Positions 1 to 11,662 of a DNA stretch of 64,000 nt are shown one piece after another. The notes beneath the pieces are model-generated. The model had not been told where the DNA came from. It saw nothing but the letters and a program-made list of their open reading frames with translations, and ran no database searches. Position 1 is the first letter of the stretch, and each line of letters begins with the position of its first letter. The stretch comes from an uncultured Actinomycetota bacterium (lineage in GTDB: Bacteria; Actinomycetota; Actinomycetes; JAHEKZ01): NCBI GenBank assembly GCA_963743915.1, contig CAVURN010000005.1, forward strand, positions 1 through 64,000, read 5' to 3'. The translations under genes and the position numbers were made by a program.

Positions 1-83
1 GGGTTGGGGGTTGGGGGTCGGGACCGACCTGGTGGGAACCTTTACTGTCGACCACGTACCTCGTACGTTGTCCGGACCTTCGA

Positions 84-103
84 TGAAGGTTCGATGAACC
101 CCG
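84..103 (+). promoter_or_regulatory. OmpR-family (CopR-like) tandem direct-repeat box
   Basis: TGAAGGTTC-GA-TGAACCCCG, 11-bp period. Confidence 0.45.
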
Positions 104-124
104 CTGTCACCACCGGCGACCCGA

Positions 125-361
125 TCAGGCCGACCGGTCTGGCGCATCGGCAGATGAGCGCTCAGATCTGGTGCGCAGTATTGCTACTTCACGTTCGAGT
201 TCAGCTAGCCGTACGTCGCGTGCGTCATCCTCGGTTGGCGTTGACTCGTGATCCGAGGAGTGTCCGCTCCCGTGTCCGTGGGACATCCCACGCATCATGA
301 AGAGCATCATGAACGGACAGGCCAGCAAGATCAGCAGGGGCAGCCAGTTCTCCATCGTCAT
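125..361 (-). CDS. DUF2933-like small membrane protein (His-rich)
   Basis: LLILLACPFMMLFMMRGMSHGHG motif; AGGAGG RBS upstream. Confidence 0.75.
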   Translation of the reverse strand: MTMENWLPLLILLACPFMMLFMMRGMSHGHGSGHSSDHESTPTEDDARDVRLAELEREVAILRTRSERSSADAPDRSA

Positions 362-441
362 TCACCTCCTCACGTGACTTGCTTCGGTGGTTCTCGACAC
401 CACTCTCGCCCACAGACCCAGCGGAACCCGCAGACGTTCGG

Positions 442-480
442 TGTAGATATCGTGAAGGTTGCCGCTTCATGAGAACTTCA
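442..480. promoter_or_regulatory. Two CopR-like direct-repeat boxes in divergent promoter region
   Basis: + strand TGTAGATAT-CG-TGAAGGTTG (442-461); - strand TGAAGTTCT-CA-TGAAG (480-465); 11-bp period. Confidence 0.5.
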
Positions 481-551
481 CCGTCACCGACGGTCGATCC
501 ATACCGCGACGTCGCATCCTGGATGTACCAGCAAACCCCAGGAGGCTCACC

Positions 552-818
552 ATGATGGATTGGAACGACTACGGATTTGGTTGGAACGCCGGGCTCGGCA
601 TGTTCATGATGGTCATCATCTGGGGCGGTCTTATCGCCCTTGGTGTCTGGGCAGTCGCCCGTATCACTCGCGACCAGGAAAAGCCGCCAATTGAGGAGTC
701 CCCCCGACAGATCCTCGATCGGCGCTTCGCAGGCGGCGAGATTGATGCCGAGCACTACGCCGATGCGAGGCGAATCCTGGAGGGGCGGGCCATCATCACC
801 CCCACCCCGCACGCCTGA
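552..818 (+). CDS. SHOCT-domain membrane protein
   Basis: MMDWNDYGFGW..., one TM helix, C-terminal ILDRRFAGGEIDAEHY SHOCT motif; GGAGG RBS. Confidence 0.8.
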   Translation: MMDWNDYGFGWNAGLGMFMMVIIWGGLIALGVWAVARITRDQEKPPIEESPRQILDRRFAGGEIDAEHYADARRILEGRAIITPTPHA

Positions 819-866
819 CCAGGACTACCGTCATCCTCCGAGGCCCAACAAAGTCGGAGGTTACAG

Positions 867-1583
867 ATGGCTGACCCGCTACGGGTACTAGTCGTTGACG
901 ACGAGCAGGCATTGGCCAAAGTGGTCGGAAGCTACCTAGAGCGCGAGGGCTTCATAGTCGACCTCGCCTTCGACGGTCCCTCAGCAGTGACGGCTGCACA
1001 AGATCATCGACCCGACCTCGTGGTTCTGGACCTGATGCTGCCCGGATTTGACGGAATCGAGGTTTGCCGACAGATCCGTGTGTTCAGTGACGCCTACATC
1101 ATCATGCTCACTGCCCGCGACGAGGAGGTCGACAAAGTCGTCGGGCTGTCGGTCGGTGCCGACGATTACCTGGTCAAGCCCTTCTCACCAAGGGAGATGA
1201 TCGCTCGAGTACGGGCCATGCTGCGCCGCCCCCGCACCGTCGCCGGCCTCGCCCCCGATCCTCAGTCACACTCCGAGCTGGAGGCGCTGATTGTTGGGGA
1301 CCTTGTGGTGGACACCGTCGCGCACCGTGCACTTCTGGGTGGTGCGACACTCGACCTGACGCGGACCGAGTTCGACCTTCTGGCCACGATGGCTGCCCAC
1401 CCCCGGGCGGCCTTCACTCGGCGCCAACTCATTGACGCCGTTTGGGGACCGGAGTGGTACGGCGATGAGCACGTCGTCGATGTTCACGTTGGACATCTTC
1501 GGCGCAAACTCGGTGATGACGCCAACAGTCCGACACACATCCGGACGGTCCGCGGTGTCGGCTACGGAATGGCGGCCGGATGA
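867..1583 (+). CDS. OmpR-family response regulator (CopR-like)
   Basis: VVDDE, DLMLPG, KPFS, winged-helix TVRGVGY. Confidence 0.95.
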   Translation: MADPLRVLVVDDEQALAKVVGSYLEREGFIVDLAFDGPSAVTAAQDHRPDLVVLDLMLPGFDGIEVCRQIRVFSDAYIIMLTARDEEVDKVVGLSVGADDYLVKPFSPREMIARVRAMLRRPRTVAGLAPDPQSHSELEALIVGDLVVDTVAHRALLGGATLDLTRTEFDLLATMAAHPRAAFTRRQLIDAVWGPEWYGDEHVVDVHVGHLRRKLGDDANSPTHIRTVRGVGYGMAAG

Positions 1584-2693
1584 TGCACCCACCGCGCGGG
1601 CTCGCCTCCAGGCTCATGGTTGCTCAGCTACTAGTGATCGCAACCGGGGCATTGACCCTGGTCGTCGCCTCCGTGCTCGTCGCACCCGCACTCTTCTCCG
1701 AGCATCTGACTCGGACAGGCGAGGAGTCCCCGCAGGTGCAGCAGCACGCCGAGGAAGCGTTTGCCTCCTCGTTCGCGATCTCACTCGCGGTGGCGATGGT
1801 GGCATCGCTGACCGCCGCTGGGCTGGTGTCGTGGTTCATGGTCCGCCGCGTCGCCCGGCCGGTGGTCGCACTCGCAGATGCCGCAGATGCAGTCGCGGGG
1901 GGCGACTACACGGTGACTGTGCCCACCGGTGGTTTCGGCAGCGAGCTGACCCGGCTCTCCGACGCCTTCGACCACATGGCCAACCGGCTCGCCGCCACCG
2001 ACGCCACCCGCACTAGCATGCTCGCCGACCTTGCCCACGAGCTGCGCACTCCGCTGGCGACCCTTGAGGCCTACATCGACGGAATGGAAGACCACGTAGT
2101 CACGACCGACAGCGCCTCCTACGCAGTGATGCGCGACCAAGTAGCCCGCCTTCGGCGGTTGGTAGTCGACCTCAGAGAGACGTCTGCCGCCGAGGAGCAC
2201 GCTCTCGGGCTTGTCCTGACCCCGCAAGACGCCAGGGTCATCGTTCGTGACGCCGTCGCGGCGGCCCAGCCCAGTTACCAATCGAAGGGCGTACAACTCC
2301 AAATGCGCCTACCGGCGGAGCCGGTCTCCGTACGGGCGGACGCGGAGCGTGCTCAGCAAGTGCTGGCCAACCTGCTCAACAACGCCCTCCGCCACACGCC
2401 ACCGGACGGCCTAGTGGAAGTTGACTTGGAGCCCGTCACCGACGGGCTCAGTGCACATCCTGGTGTCGGATAGTGGTGAGGGGATCCCCGCTGACGAAAT
2501 CGATCACATCTTTGAGCGCTTCAGACGCGCCGACCCCGCCCGCGCCGCCAGTGACGGTGGTGGCAGCGGGTTGGGACTCACCATCGCTCGCGCAATCGCT
2601 GAAGACCACGGGGGGTCATTGACGGCGCAAAGCAGCGGCGTTGGCCATGGCAGTTGTTTCACCTGGACACTCCCGAAGGACGGCACGTCGTGA
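1580..2693 (+). CDS. HAMP sensor histidine kinase (frameshift near 2445, probably a sequence error)
   Basis: HELRTPL H-box and NLLNNALRH in 1580..2473; DSGEGI and GSGLGL G-boxes in 2421..2693. Confidence 0.9.
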
Positions 2694-2803
2694 CAAGGAA
2701 GCGCCTGGTGGCGACAGCCGACCGGCGTGAGCGCTGCAGGTGCGACGGGTATGTGGCCGCCAGCCGACCCGATCGACGACGCCGTCTCCCGACGTTCAGG
2801 GCG

Positions 2804-4057
2804 CTACGCATTGGCGCGCATCGCCGCACCCAAGCTGTCTGCGATGACATTGTCGCGTCCGGCCCTCACGTGCATGTATACCTGCGCCGCGTCTGGGGTG
2901 GCGTGCCCCATCCGAGCCATCAACTCAGGCAGGGTCGCGCCGGACTCGGCAGCAAGCACCTGCGCGCAGTGCCGGAGGTCGTGAAACCGCATCTTGGGCA
3001 CGCCCACCGCCATCGTGGCCCTGTGCAGCATCTCTGTCAGGTTGCTGCGTGCCGGAACGGTTCCGTTCACTGTTGCGAACACAAGTGCTTCGCTTCCCCC
3101 GGCGACAAATGCGCTCATGTGCGCGACGAGCACGTCACGGAGCGGACCGGGCAACACCACAGTGCGTACTGACGCGGCGGACTTCGGGGTGTCCACATCA
3201 ATGGTGCCGTCGTCGCTGCGCCGGACCCGACGCCGTACCCGCACCACCGGCGGGGCTGCCCCAAGGTCGAGATCGGCTCGGGTCAGCGCGAGAAGTTCTC
3301 CCTGTCGGAGACCCGACCACGCCGCAGTCAACACCAGAGCCTGGTACCGCGGCGGCATCGCTGCGGCAACATTTTCGATCTGTGCCGGGGTCAGCAACCG
3401 TTCCGCAAGATCCCGACGCTGAGCATTCGGACGAGGAGTGCCCGCGCCGGCAATCCGACAGGGCTGCTCCCCGATCAATCCGTCGCCGTGAGCCGTCGCC
3501 ATTGCCGCCCGCAGCAGTCGGTAGGCCTGGGCTTGGCGTGTCTTCCCATCCCGGACCGTCGCCGAGCTGGGCGCCCGACCAGCGGCAGTCAGCCGCTCAC
3601 GTTCAGCCGCCAAATCCGCTGCGAGGCGGCGGCCGAGTCGGTAGTGCCAGACCCGCACGGCATCCGCGGTTAGGGCGCCGAGCCTGACCTTGCCGATGTC
3701 AGGGTCGATGCACCCGCGAAGCAGACCCCGGTACAGCTCCTTCGTGGAGTCTTTCGCCTTGGGGTGCTGCTCGATCCAGCGTGCGACGTACTCCCCTACG
3801 GTGTACGTCGTGCCAGTCGACTTCCGCGGCGCCTTCCACACGCCTCGCACCATGTCCGCGTGCTGCAGATCCAGCCACACCGCTGCGTCCGTGCGCGAGG
3901 TGAACGTCATCGGTGCCGACACATAGCGACCGTCCGGGTCCACCATCCGAGCGCGAAACCGACCCGAGCTCAGTTGTTCCACCGCTCCCCATGACCGACG
4001 CCTACGCCGAGCCTTGGACGCGACATGAGTTTCCTTGCCTTGCTCCGCACGAGTCAT
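2804..4057 (-). CDS. Tyrosine recombinase / site-specific integrase
   Basis: GLRQGELLAL (R), TPKS (K), HDLRH, MGH, VY catalytic residues; N-terminal arm-binding-like GAVEQLSSGRFRAR; start codon uncertain. Confidence 0.93.
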   Translation of the reverse strand: MTRAEQGKETHVASKARRRRRSWGAVEQLSSGRFRARMVDPDGRYVSAPMTFTSRTDAAVWLDLQHADMVRGVWKAPRKSTGTTYTVGEYVARWIEQHPKAKDSTKELYRGLLRGCIDPDIGKVRLGALTADAVRVWHYRLGRRLAADLAAERERLTAAGRAPSSATVRDGKTRQAQAYRLLRAAMATAHGDGLIGEQPCRIAGAGTPRPNAQRRDLAERLLTPAQIENVAAAMPPRYQALVLTAAWSGLRQGELLALTRADLDLGAAPPVVRVRRRVRRSDDGTIDVDTPKSAASVRTVVLPGPLRDVLVAHMSAFVAGGSEALVFATVNGTVPARSNLTEMLHRATMAVGVPKMRFHDLRHCAQVLAAESGATLPELMARMGHATPDAAQVYMHVRAGRDNVIADSLGAAMRANA

Positions 4058-4185
4058 CGTGTTTGACCTCCCTCAGTGGTGACAAAGTTCGCCACCGCTA
4101 TTCCGCACTCCCTCCAAAGAGGTGTGCAGGAAGGCCCCCAACACTGCATCGCTGCAGGTCAAGGCAGTGATCAACTCGCGACTAG

Positions 4186-4234
4186 TCAGCCTTCCAAGCT
4201 GGCCATGCGGGTTCGATTCCCGTCACCCGCTCCA
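4186..4234 (+). other. att site: 3' half of tRNA-Gly(TCC), from anticodon arm to CCA
   Basis: TCAGCCTTCCAAGCTGGCCATGCGGGTTCGATTCCCGTCACCCGCTCCA; no 5' acceptor strand (GCGGGTG) or D-arm upstream. Confidence 0.85.
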
Positions 4235-4336
4235 TGTGTCGCGGTGGCACCTTCGGCTGACGAAAGGTGAGCGCACCCGGCCGTGTCAGACTCGAAATCG
4301 CCGGGAGAAGCCGGCCCGAGCCCGAAGGGCGGTCCT

Positions 4337-5626
<1,290 letters not shown>

Positions 5627-5686
5627 ACCAAGGAACTCCTGAGGACACTGCGCGAAGTCTGTTCCGGCCTGCAAATCGGGTTCCCA

Positions 5687-6311
5687 TCATGGCCACCCAT
5701 CGGTGAGCACAGCAACGCCTAGCACCATCGTCGGCAGGTAGAGGACCGCAGGGATGACGTCGCCACTGATCAGCAGCCAAGCGACGGCGGCGACACCGGA
5801 GAGCAGCACGACGACAGCCACGGCAGGGGCGACGACCCCCGTCAGCAGCAGCGTGAGCCCGAGCGCTGCCAGCGCGGCGCCGGTGATCAGCACGAAGCCC
5901 TGGAACAGTCCCCCGGTCGCTGCGTCGAGAAGGGCTACCTCTCTGCTGCTGAGGGAGTCCCCGTCGAGGTCGGCCAGCAGTGGTGTGGTGCGGGCACGGA
6001 TCGCCAGCACTGCGCACCAGAGTCCGCCGCCGATCCCGTAGGCGACTGCACAGGTCAGCACCGCCGCCGTGCCCAGCCCACCGGGCATCGCGGGTGCCAG
6101 GGCGGCCATACCTGCTGGTGGTGACGACCGTAGCCAGGGCGAACCCCACGTTGAGCCACACCCAGGCTGTCCGGTGGGCTCCCACCGTGGCGACGAAGGC
6201 CTCCCTCGGCATCGACCAGATCGGAACCAGTGCGGGGTGGGCAACCGGGATCAGACCCACGACCGGGCCGGAAATGAGCAGCCATGCGGCGAGCACAGAG
6301 GGGTCGGTCAT
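5687..6311 (-). CDS. Multi-pass membrane protein (frameshift near 6120)
   Basis: Hydrophobic helices split over two frames; start overlaps upstream stop. Confidence 0.55.
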
Positions 6312-7522
6312 GGGTTCCGTCGTTCCGCGCGACGGGACGATCTCTGCCCCGCGATCTCCTCGACGATGTCGAGCACGCGCTCGAGCTCGTCGTCGGTGTT
6401 GTAGTAGTGCGGGGAGAACCTCACCAGCGGGTGGACGGGCCTGACCTCGGCGTCGAACTGGCTGTGCTCCGCCACAGTGAGCGAGACGTTGACACCGGCT
6501 GCCTTCACCCGCCGCGCCAGCTCCTCCGAGGGCACGCCGTCGAGCGCAGCGGTCACGATCGCGCATCGGGTGACACCGAGGTCGTGCGTGCGGACGCCGG
6601 GAATCGCGTCCAGCCCCTGTCGCAGCCTGTGCCCCAGGGTGACGGCTCGGTCACCGATCTCCTCGAGGCCGAGCGCGAGGGCTTGGTCGACGGCGGATCC
6701 GAGCCCGAGGACGTTGCTGTAGCTGCGCTCCCAGGACTCCAGACGGCGGGCGCCCTCGCGCCAGTGGAACCCGCGTCCGCCGTCCCAGGTGGCGGCCTCG
6801 ATGTCGCTGACGTGGGGGTCGATCCGCTCCAGGGCCTCCCGACGCACCCAGAGGAATCCGGTGCCTCGGGGCCCACGGAGGAACTTGCGCCCGGTAGCCG
6901 TGACGAAGTCGGCTCCGATCTGGTTCACGTCGACTGGGAACTGCCCGACCGACTGGGTGGCGTCGAGGAGATAGAGCACACCGGCGGCGCGAGCGGCCTC
7001 GCCCACCTCGACGGCCGGGTTCACCAGTCCCCCACCGGTGGGGACGTGGCTCATGCCGATCAGCCGGGTGCGGTCGTCGACGAGGTTCGCCAACGCCTGC
7101 ACGTCGACCTGTCCGGAGGCGTCGTTGGGCGCGACCTTGATATCGACACCACGACGCTCAGCCGTCTGGAGGTACGCGAGCACATTGGAGCCGTACTCCG
7201 CGCGCACGGTGATGAGGTTGTCGCCCGGCTCAAAGGGGATGGAGTAGAAGGCCGCGTTGAAGGCGTGCGACGAGTTGTCGAACAGTGCGACCTCGTCCCG
7301 GCTGCCCCCGACGAGGCGTGCGATCGAGCGATACACCGCTTCGATCTCGTCGCGACGGGCCTCCTCAGCCTCATAGCCACCAATCCTGGCCTCGAGCTCG
7401 AGATGGGAGACCATCGTGGCCAGGGTCGTTCGACTGAGCAGCCCCGCTCCAGCGTTGTTCAGGTGGATGACGTCCTGAACGCCAGGCGTGTCCTGGCGCA
7501 CCGCCTCGACATCGAGACCCAC
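6308..7522 (-). CDS. Class V PLP aminotransferase / cysteine desulfurase-like C-S lyase
   Basis: HLNNAGAG, LDATQSVGQ, TGRKFLRGPRG (PLP Lys), RFSPHYYNT; GAGGAGG RBS. Confidence 0.88.
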   Translation of the reverse strand: MGLDVEAVRQDTPGVQDVIHLNNAGAGLLSRTTLATMVSHLELEARIGGYEAEEARRDEIEAVYRSIARLVGGSRDEVALFDNSSHAFNAAFYSIPFEPGDNLITVRAEYGSNVLAYLQTAERRGVDIKVAPNDASGQVDVQALANLVDDRTRLIGMSHVPTGGGLVNPAVEVGEAARAAGVLYLLDATQSVGQFPVDVNQIGADFVTATGRKFLRGPRGTGFLWVRREALERIDPHVSDIEAATWDGGRGFHWREGARRLESWERSYSNVLGLGSAVDQALALGLEEIGDRAVTLGHRLRQGLDAIPGVRTHDLGVTRCAIVTAALDGVPSEELARRVKAAGVNVSLTVAEHSQFDAEVRPVHPLVRFSPHYYNTDDELERVLDIVEEIAGQRSSRRAERRNP

Positions 7523-7535
7523 TCTGCCTCCTCGG

Positions 7536-8319
7536 TCAGCCGACGAGCGCAACCTCGTCGCCGACGTGGACGCGTCCGGGTGACACAACATCGGCATACA
7601 CGCCGAAGTAGAAGCCCTTGCCGAACCGCGCTGTCTCCCCGCGTCCACGACGTCGACCGATCATCTTGAGGGTCTGCAGGTCGACGACTCCGGTGTCTGG
7701 GTTACGCGTGGTGGCGGCGCAGCGCTTGACGGGTCCCCCCACGCGGAGCACCGCCTCGCCCAGGCGCAGCTCACGACCCGCCCACGTGTCCTCCTCGTGC
7801 GGTGCAGCGCCCGAAAGCTCGACGTTCATGCGGAACCGTCGCGCGTCTACCGGGCCGGCCTCACCATCCGCCAGTGCCTGCACCGAAGCCGAGCTCAGCA
7901 GGGTGAGCCTCGCGATGTCGTACCCACCCGAGTCCCCCAGCACCAGTCGCACGGGACGCCCCGCGATGTCGGAGAAGTACTCCCCCCACATCGGCACCAC
8001 GTGGCCGGACACCGACCGCTCGCCGTAGAAGTCCGTGTCGACAGCCTCACCCAGCTCGACCGGTGCAGACCGCGTCTGGCCGTCCGGTCCGTGCACCCGC
8101 AGGACGCTCGACCGAGGATCGAAGTCGGCGCGGTGGGCCATGAGACCACCGAGCTCGGTGCAGCTGATGAGCTTGTCGTTCTGGTCGATGAGGAAGAGCG
8201 CCCGATCTCCCTCGACACCGTCCGTGGACACGTCGACGAAGGGCGGGTGCTGAACAGCCAGCCCCTTCACCGGAGTCACCGACAGCACGGAGACCCGAAG
8301 ACTGTGACTCCGCCGCCAT
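7536..8319 (-). CDS. MOSC-domain protein (N-terminal frameshift near 8300)
   Basis: TPVKGL, GDRALFLID, RRFRMN, KRCAATTRNPDTG, FGVYADV. Confidence 0.85.
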
Positions 8320-8379
8320 GTGGGCTCCCGTCCCGGGACTCGGAAGGCCCCGTCGAACGATCGTCGCACACGGTCGCCT

Positions 8380-9049
8380 TCAGCCCACGCCGGCCAGTCC
8401 GTCGCCCAGGATCGTGGCCCCGATCAGGAGCAGCACCGCCGCCACGATCACGTCGTTGTGGGTCACCAACCGCTGCCGCAGGCCGGCGAGTGCCTGCCGA
8501 CCCCGGTCACCACCGAGCTGGCTCACCAGCACCACTCCGAGCACGGTGCTCGACGCGAGCATCACGAAGATCAGCCCCTTCGACGAACACCTGGTCGGCG
8601 GTCTGGTCGACCTGTCCGATCACCGACGCCGACGCGAGGGCGAAGGCGAGGTTCTTGGGGTTCAGGGCGGCCAGGCTCACCCCCACCACGAGCGCGCGGC
8701 GCGGGGTGGCGGTCACGATGCCCGCCATCCACCGCGGCGTGCCGGCTTCCTCGTCGCCTCGCGGTCGGGCGAGGAACTTCCGGACGCCCAGCGCCACCAG
8801 TCCAAGGCCCAGCAGGACCCGGACCCAGGACATCCACGTCGCCGAATCCCCACCGCCGATCAGCGTGCCGAGAGCCACGGCCACGGCCGTCAGCGCCGAG
8901 AGCCCAACCAGCCATCCGACGACGAACGCGGGTCCTGCCCAGCGGCCATGAGGCCCACCGACGACCAGGATCGCGCCGACCACGGGGAACGGGCTCAGCG
9001 CGATACCGGCAGCGCTCGGCAGCAGCGCCCCGACCACGTCCCACAGCAT
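8380..9049 (-). CDS. GAP/Sap family membrane protein (frameshift near 8590)
   Basis: GIALSPFPVV, AFVVGW, PRWM, LNPKNL motifs. Confidence 0.8.
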
Positions 9050-9111
9050 GCGATCAGTCTCTCGCGCGCCGCTGCCCGGCCCTACGAGCCGGGCAGCTTC
9101 GACCTTCGCCG

Positions 9112-9468
9112 CTAGTCGTTCCCTGGACCACTGTCACAGTTTCCTGGTCCGCCCGGGCCCGGCCCGCGGTGCACGGATCCGAATCCTTGGTGTCCTGAGC
9201 CTGCGTCAGGGGCCATCTCGGACTCGTACCGGTAGTGGTGACGGTGCTGTTCCTGGGCCATCTCCCGGTCCCCCTGGATCGCCGGGGAGTCGTCGCGCAG
9301 ACGGAGCATGGAACGCGTCTGGTCCCCGCCGCAGTCCTGGCTGCAGGTCTGGTCACGGTCACGCACCTGGTCCTGGTCCTGGTCGGCAGCAACAGCGACA
9401 CCTCCGATGGCACCCACGAGCACCAGAGCGGTGGCACCCGCCACGAGAGTCTTACGCATCTGTCTCAC
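9112..9468 (-). CDS. Small secreted low-complexity protein (DQDQDQVRDRD, His/Gly-rich)
   Basis: Signal peptide ending AVAA; AAGGAAGG RBS. Confidence 0.7.
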   Translation of the reverse strand: MRQMRKTLVAGATALVLVGAIGGVAVAADQDQDQVRDRDQTCSQDCGGDQTRSMLRLRDDSPAIQGDREMAQEQHRHHYRYESEMAPDAGSGHQGFGSVHRGPGPGGPGNCDSGPGND

Positions 9469-9536
9469 GTCCTTCCTTGTCCTCGTCCTTCGGAATCAGG
9501 CTCTCTCGTGGTGGTGAGACCCGGGTGACGGCGATG

Positions 9537-9555
9537 TGGAGATCCTCTGGAGATC
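9537..9555. promoter_or_regulatory. Tandem direct repeat TGGAGATC-n3-TGGAGATC (putative response-regulator box)
   Basis: 11-bp period; similar box at 12328-12346. Confidence 0.6.
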
Positions 9556-9603
9556 AGGTCCGAGGGCCCTGTCCTCGGCGGCAAGGGAACAGAGAATGGG
9601 CAC

Positions 9604-10287
9604 GTGCCCAACGTGCTGGTGGTCGAGGACGAGCGCGACATCCGCGAGCTGTTGCGCCGCTACCTGGAGCGGGCAGGGCTGTCGGTGCTGACGACCGGCT
9701 CAGGTGCCGAGGCGATCGCACTGGCCCACGGCGGTACCGCTGACCTCGTGCTGCTCGACCTCGGGCTCCCCGACGTCGAGGGCACCGAGGTGCTGTCGGA
9801 GATCCGCGAGGCGAGCACGATCCCCGTCGTCGTGCTCACGGCGCGTAGCGACCTGCAGGACCGCATCCAGGGTCTCGAGCTCGGCGCCGACGACTACGTG
9901 ACCAAGCCCTTCAGCCCACGCGAAGTCGTGCTCCGCGTCCAGGCGGTGCTGCAGCGCACCACGAGTGCTCCAGAGCCGGTTGCCTCGTTCGGAGGTGGAC
10001 GCCTCACGATCGACGAACCTCGGCACGTCGTCTCGATCGACGGTGAAGCGCTCGACCTCACCCCGACCGAATGGGGACTCCTCACGTCTCTCGCGTCCTC
10101 GCCCGGACGCGTCTTCTCCCGGTACGAGCTCGTGAATCGAGTTCGTGGCTACGAGTTCGAGGGCTACGAGCGCACCATCGACTCACACGTCAAGAATCTG
10201 CGCCGCAAGCTCGGTCCCGCCGGACCTGATCTCGTGCATACGGTCGTCGGCGTCGGGTACCAGCTCGGGTGGCACCGTGACCGCTGA
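9604..10287 (+). CDS. OmpR-family response regulator
   Basis: VVEDE, DLGLPD, KPFS, TIDSHVKNLRRK. Confidence 0.95.
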   Translation: MPNVLVVEDERDIRELLRRYLERAGLSVLTTGSGAEAIALAHGGTADLVLLDLGLPDVEGTEVLSEIREASTIPVVVLTARSDLQDRIQGLELGADDYVTKPFSPREVVLRVQAVLQRTTSAPEPVASFGGGRLTIDEPRHVVSIDGEALDLTPTEWGLLTSLASSPGRVFSRYELVNRVRGYEFEGYERTIDSHVKNLRRKLGPAGPDLVHTVVGVGYQLGWHRDR

Positions 10288-11662
10288 CGCCGGTGTCCCC
10301 CCCGAGATTTCCAAACCACGCGGATCGCTGGGAGCGCGCCTCACGCTCGCCTTCGTCGGCGTTGCGCTCCTCACCATCGCCCTGGTCACCACCGCTGCGT
10401 TCATCGGAACCGGGCGCGGGCTGAGCTCGCTGACCAGCCAGGACAGAGAGAGCGTGAGCGCGGAGGTCGAGACGTCGCTGGCGGCGGCCTACACGTCGGC
10501 GGGAGGCTGGCAGGACGCAGACCTGACGGAAGCCTTCTCCCTCGCGAACACGTCGGGTGCCTCCCTGCTCGTGTTCGACGCCGAGGGCGACGCTGTGGCT
10601 GGGGCCAGCGGTGGGGCCGGGAACGGTGCCGGCCACGGGCCTGGTCACGGTCCCGAGGGCGGAGCCCGCGCCGCGGCTCCCGTAGTGGTGGACGGGACCG
10701 CGGTCGGCTCCTTCAGCTTGGTCTTCCGCACCTCCGCCTACAACCTCGCCCGCGGTATCGCTTGGTGGTGGATCGTCGGAGCCGCGGTCCTCGCGCTCGC
10801 CGTCGCGGTGGGCGCCGCCTACCTGGTGACGTCGCGTGTGTCGCGTCCCCTGACGGCAGTGGCCGCGACGGCTCGGAAGTTCGCGAGCGGGGACCGCACA
10901 GCACGCACGGGTGTCGACGCCGTGGGTGAGCTGGGCGATGTCGCGCGCGCGCTTGACGAGATGGCCGACGAGGTTGAGTCGGCTGAGGAGCTCCGGCGGC
11001 GCGCCGCGTCGGATATCGCCCACGAGCTTCGTACGCCGCTGACGTCGTTGCGGGCTGGACTGGAGGAGATTCGTGACGGACTGCTCGCTCCCGACCCCGT
11101 CGTCGTCTCACGACTCCACGACCAGACCCTGCGGCTCGGGCGCATCGTCGACGATCTCGCGGCGTTGTCGGCCGTCGAAGGCGGAGCGCTTCGACTCCAG
11201 CGTCATCCCGTCGATCTCGCTCATCTCGCCCGCACCCAGGCGGCCATCGAGGAGCCGCGCATTCGCGCGTCGGACATGGAGCTCCGCATCGATGTCCCCG
11301 AAGGTCCCGTGACCGTCATGGGTGATGCCGACCGGCTAGGTCAAGTGGTCAGCAACCTGCTGTCGAACGCCGCACGCTACTGCCGGGCCGGAGATACGGT
11401 GACGGTGGAAGTGGCCGCCACCGACTCCCAGGCCCGGCTTGTGGTGTCCGACACAGGCCCCGGGATCTCCGAAGACGACCTGCCCCATGTCTTCGACCGG
11501 CTCTGGCGCGGGCAGGGTGCCGACCGGGTCGGCGGCTCAGGGATCGGCCTGGCCGTGGTCCGAGAGCTCGTCACTGCACACGGGGGACGGGTCGAAGCGG
11601 CCTCAGACGGACGCAGCGGAACCCGCATGACGGTGTTCCTGCCGATGGTGACTCAGAGCTGA
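10277..11662 (+). CDS. HAMP sensor histidine kinase (BaeS-like)
   Basis: 2 TM helices, HAMP, HELRTPL, NLLSNA, DTGPGI, GSGIGL. Confidence 0.93.
   Translation: MTADAGVPPEISKPRGSLGARLTLAFVGVALLTIALVTTAAFIGTGRGLSSLTSQDRESVSAEVETSLAAAYTSAGGWQDADLTEAFSLANTSGASLLVFDAEGDAVAGASGGAGNGAGHGPGHGPEGGARAAAPVVVDGTAVGSFSLVFRTSAYNLARGIAWWWIVGAAVLALAVAVGAAYLVTSRVSRPLTAVAATARKFASGDRTARTGVDAVGELGDVARALDEMADEVESAEELRRRAASDIAHELRTPLTSLRAGLEEIRDGLLAPDPVVVSRLHDQTLRLGRIVDDLAALSAVEGGALRLQRHPVDLAHLARTQAAIEEPRIRASDMELRIDVPEGPVTVMGDADRLGQVVSNLLSNAARYCRAGDTVTVEVAATDSQARLVVSDTGPGISEDDLPHVFDRLWRGQGADRVGGSGIGLAVVRELVTAHGGRVEAASDGRSGTRMTVFLPMVTQS

Larger units (their letters stand above)
1..4234. mobile_element. End of an integrative element inserted at tRNA-Gly(TCC); continues beyond window start
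   Basis: Integrase immediately next to a 3'-only tRNA-Gly copy; metal-response cargo genes. Confidence 0.75.

Noticed and set aside
1-40. G-quadruplex-like G runs
   Set aside because: Truncated at the window edge and common in high-GC DNA.
4160-4234. Complete tRNA-Gly gene
   Set aside because: No 5' acceptor strand or D-arm; treated as an att fragment.
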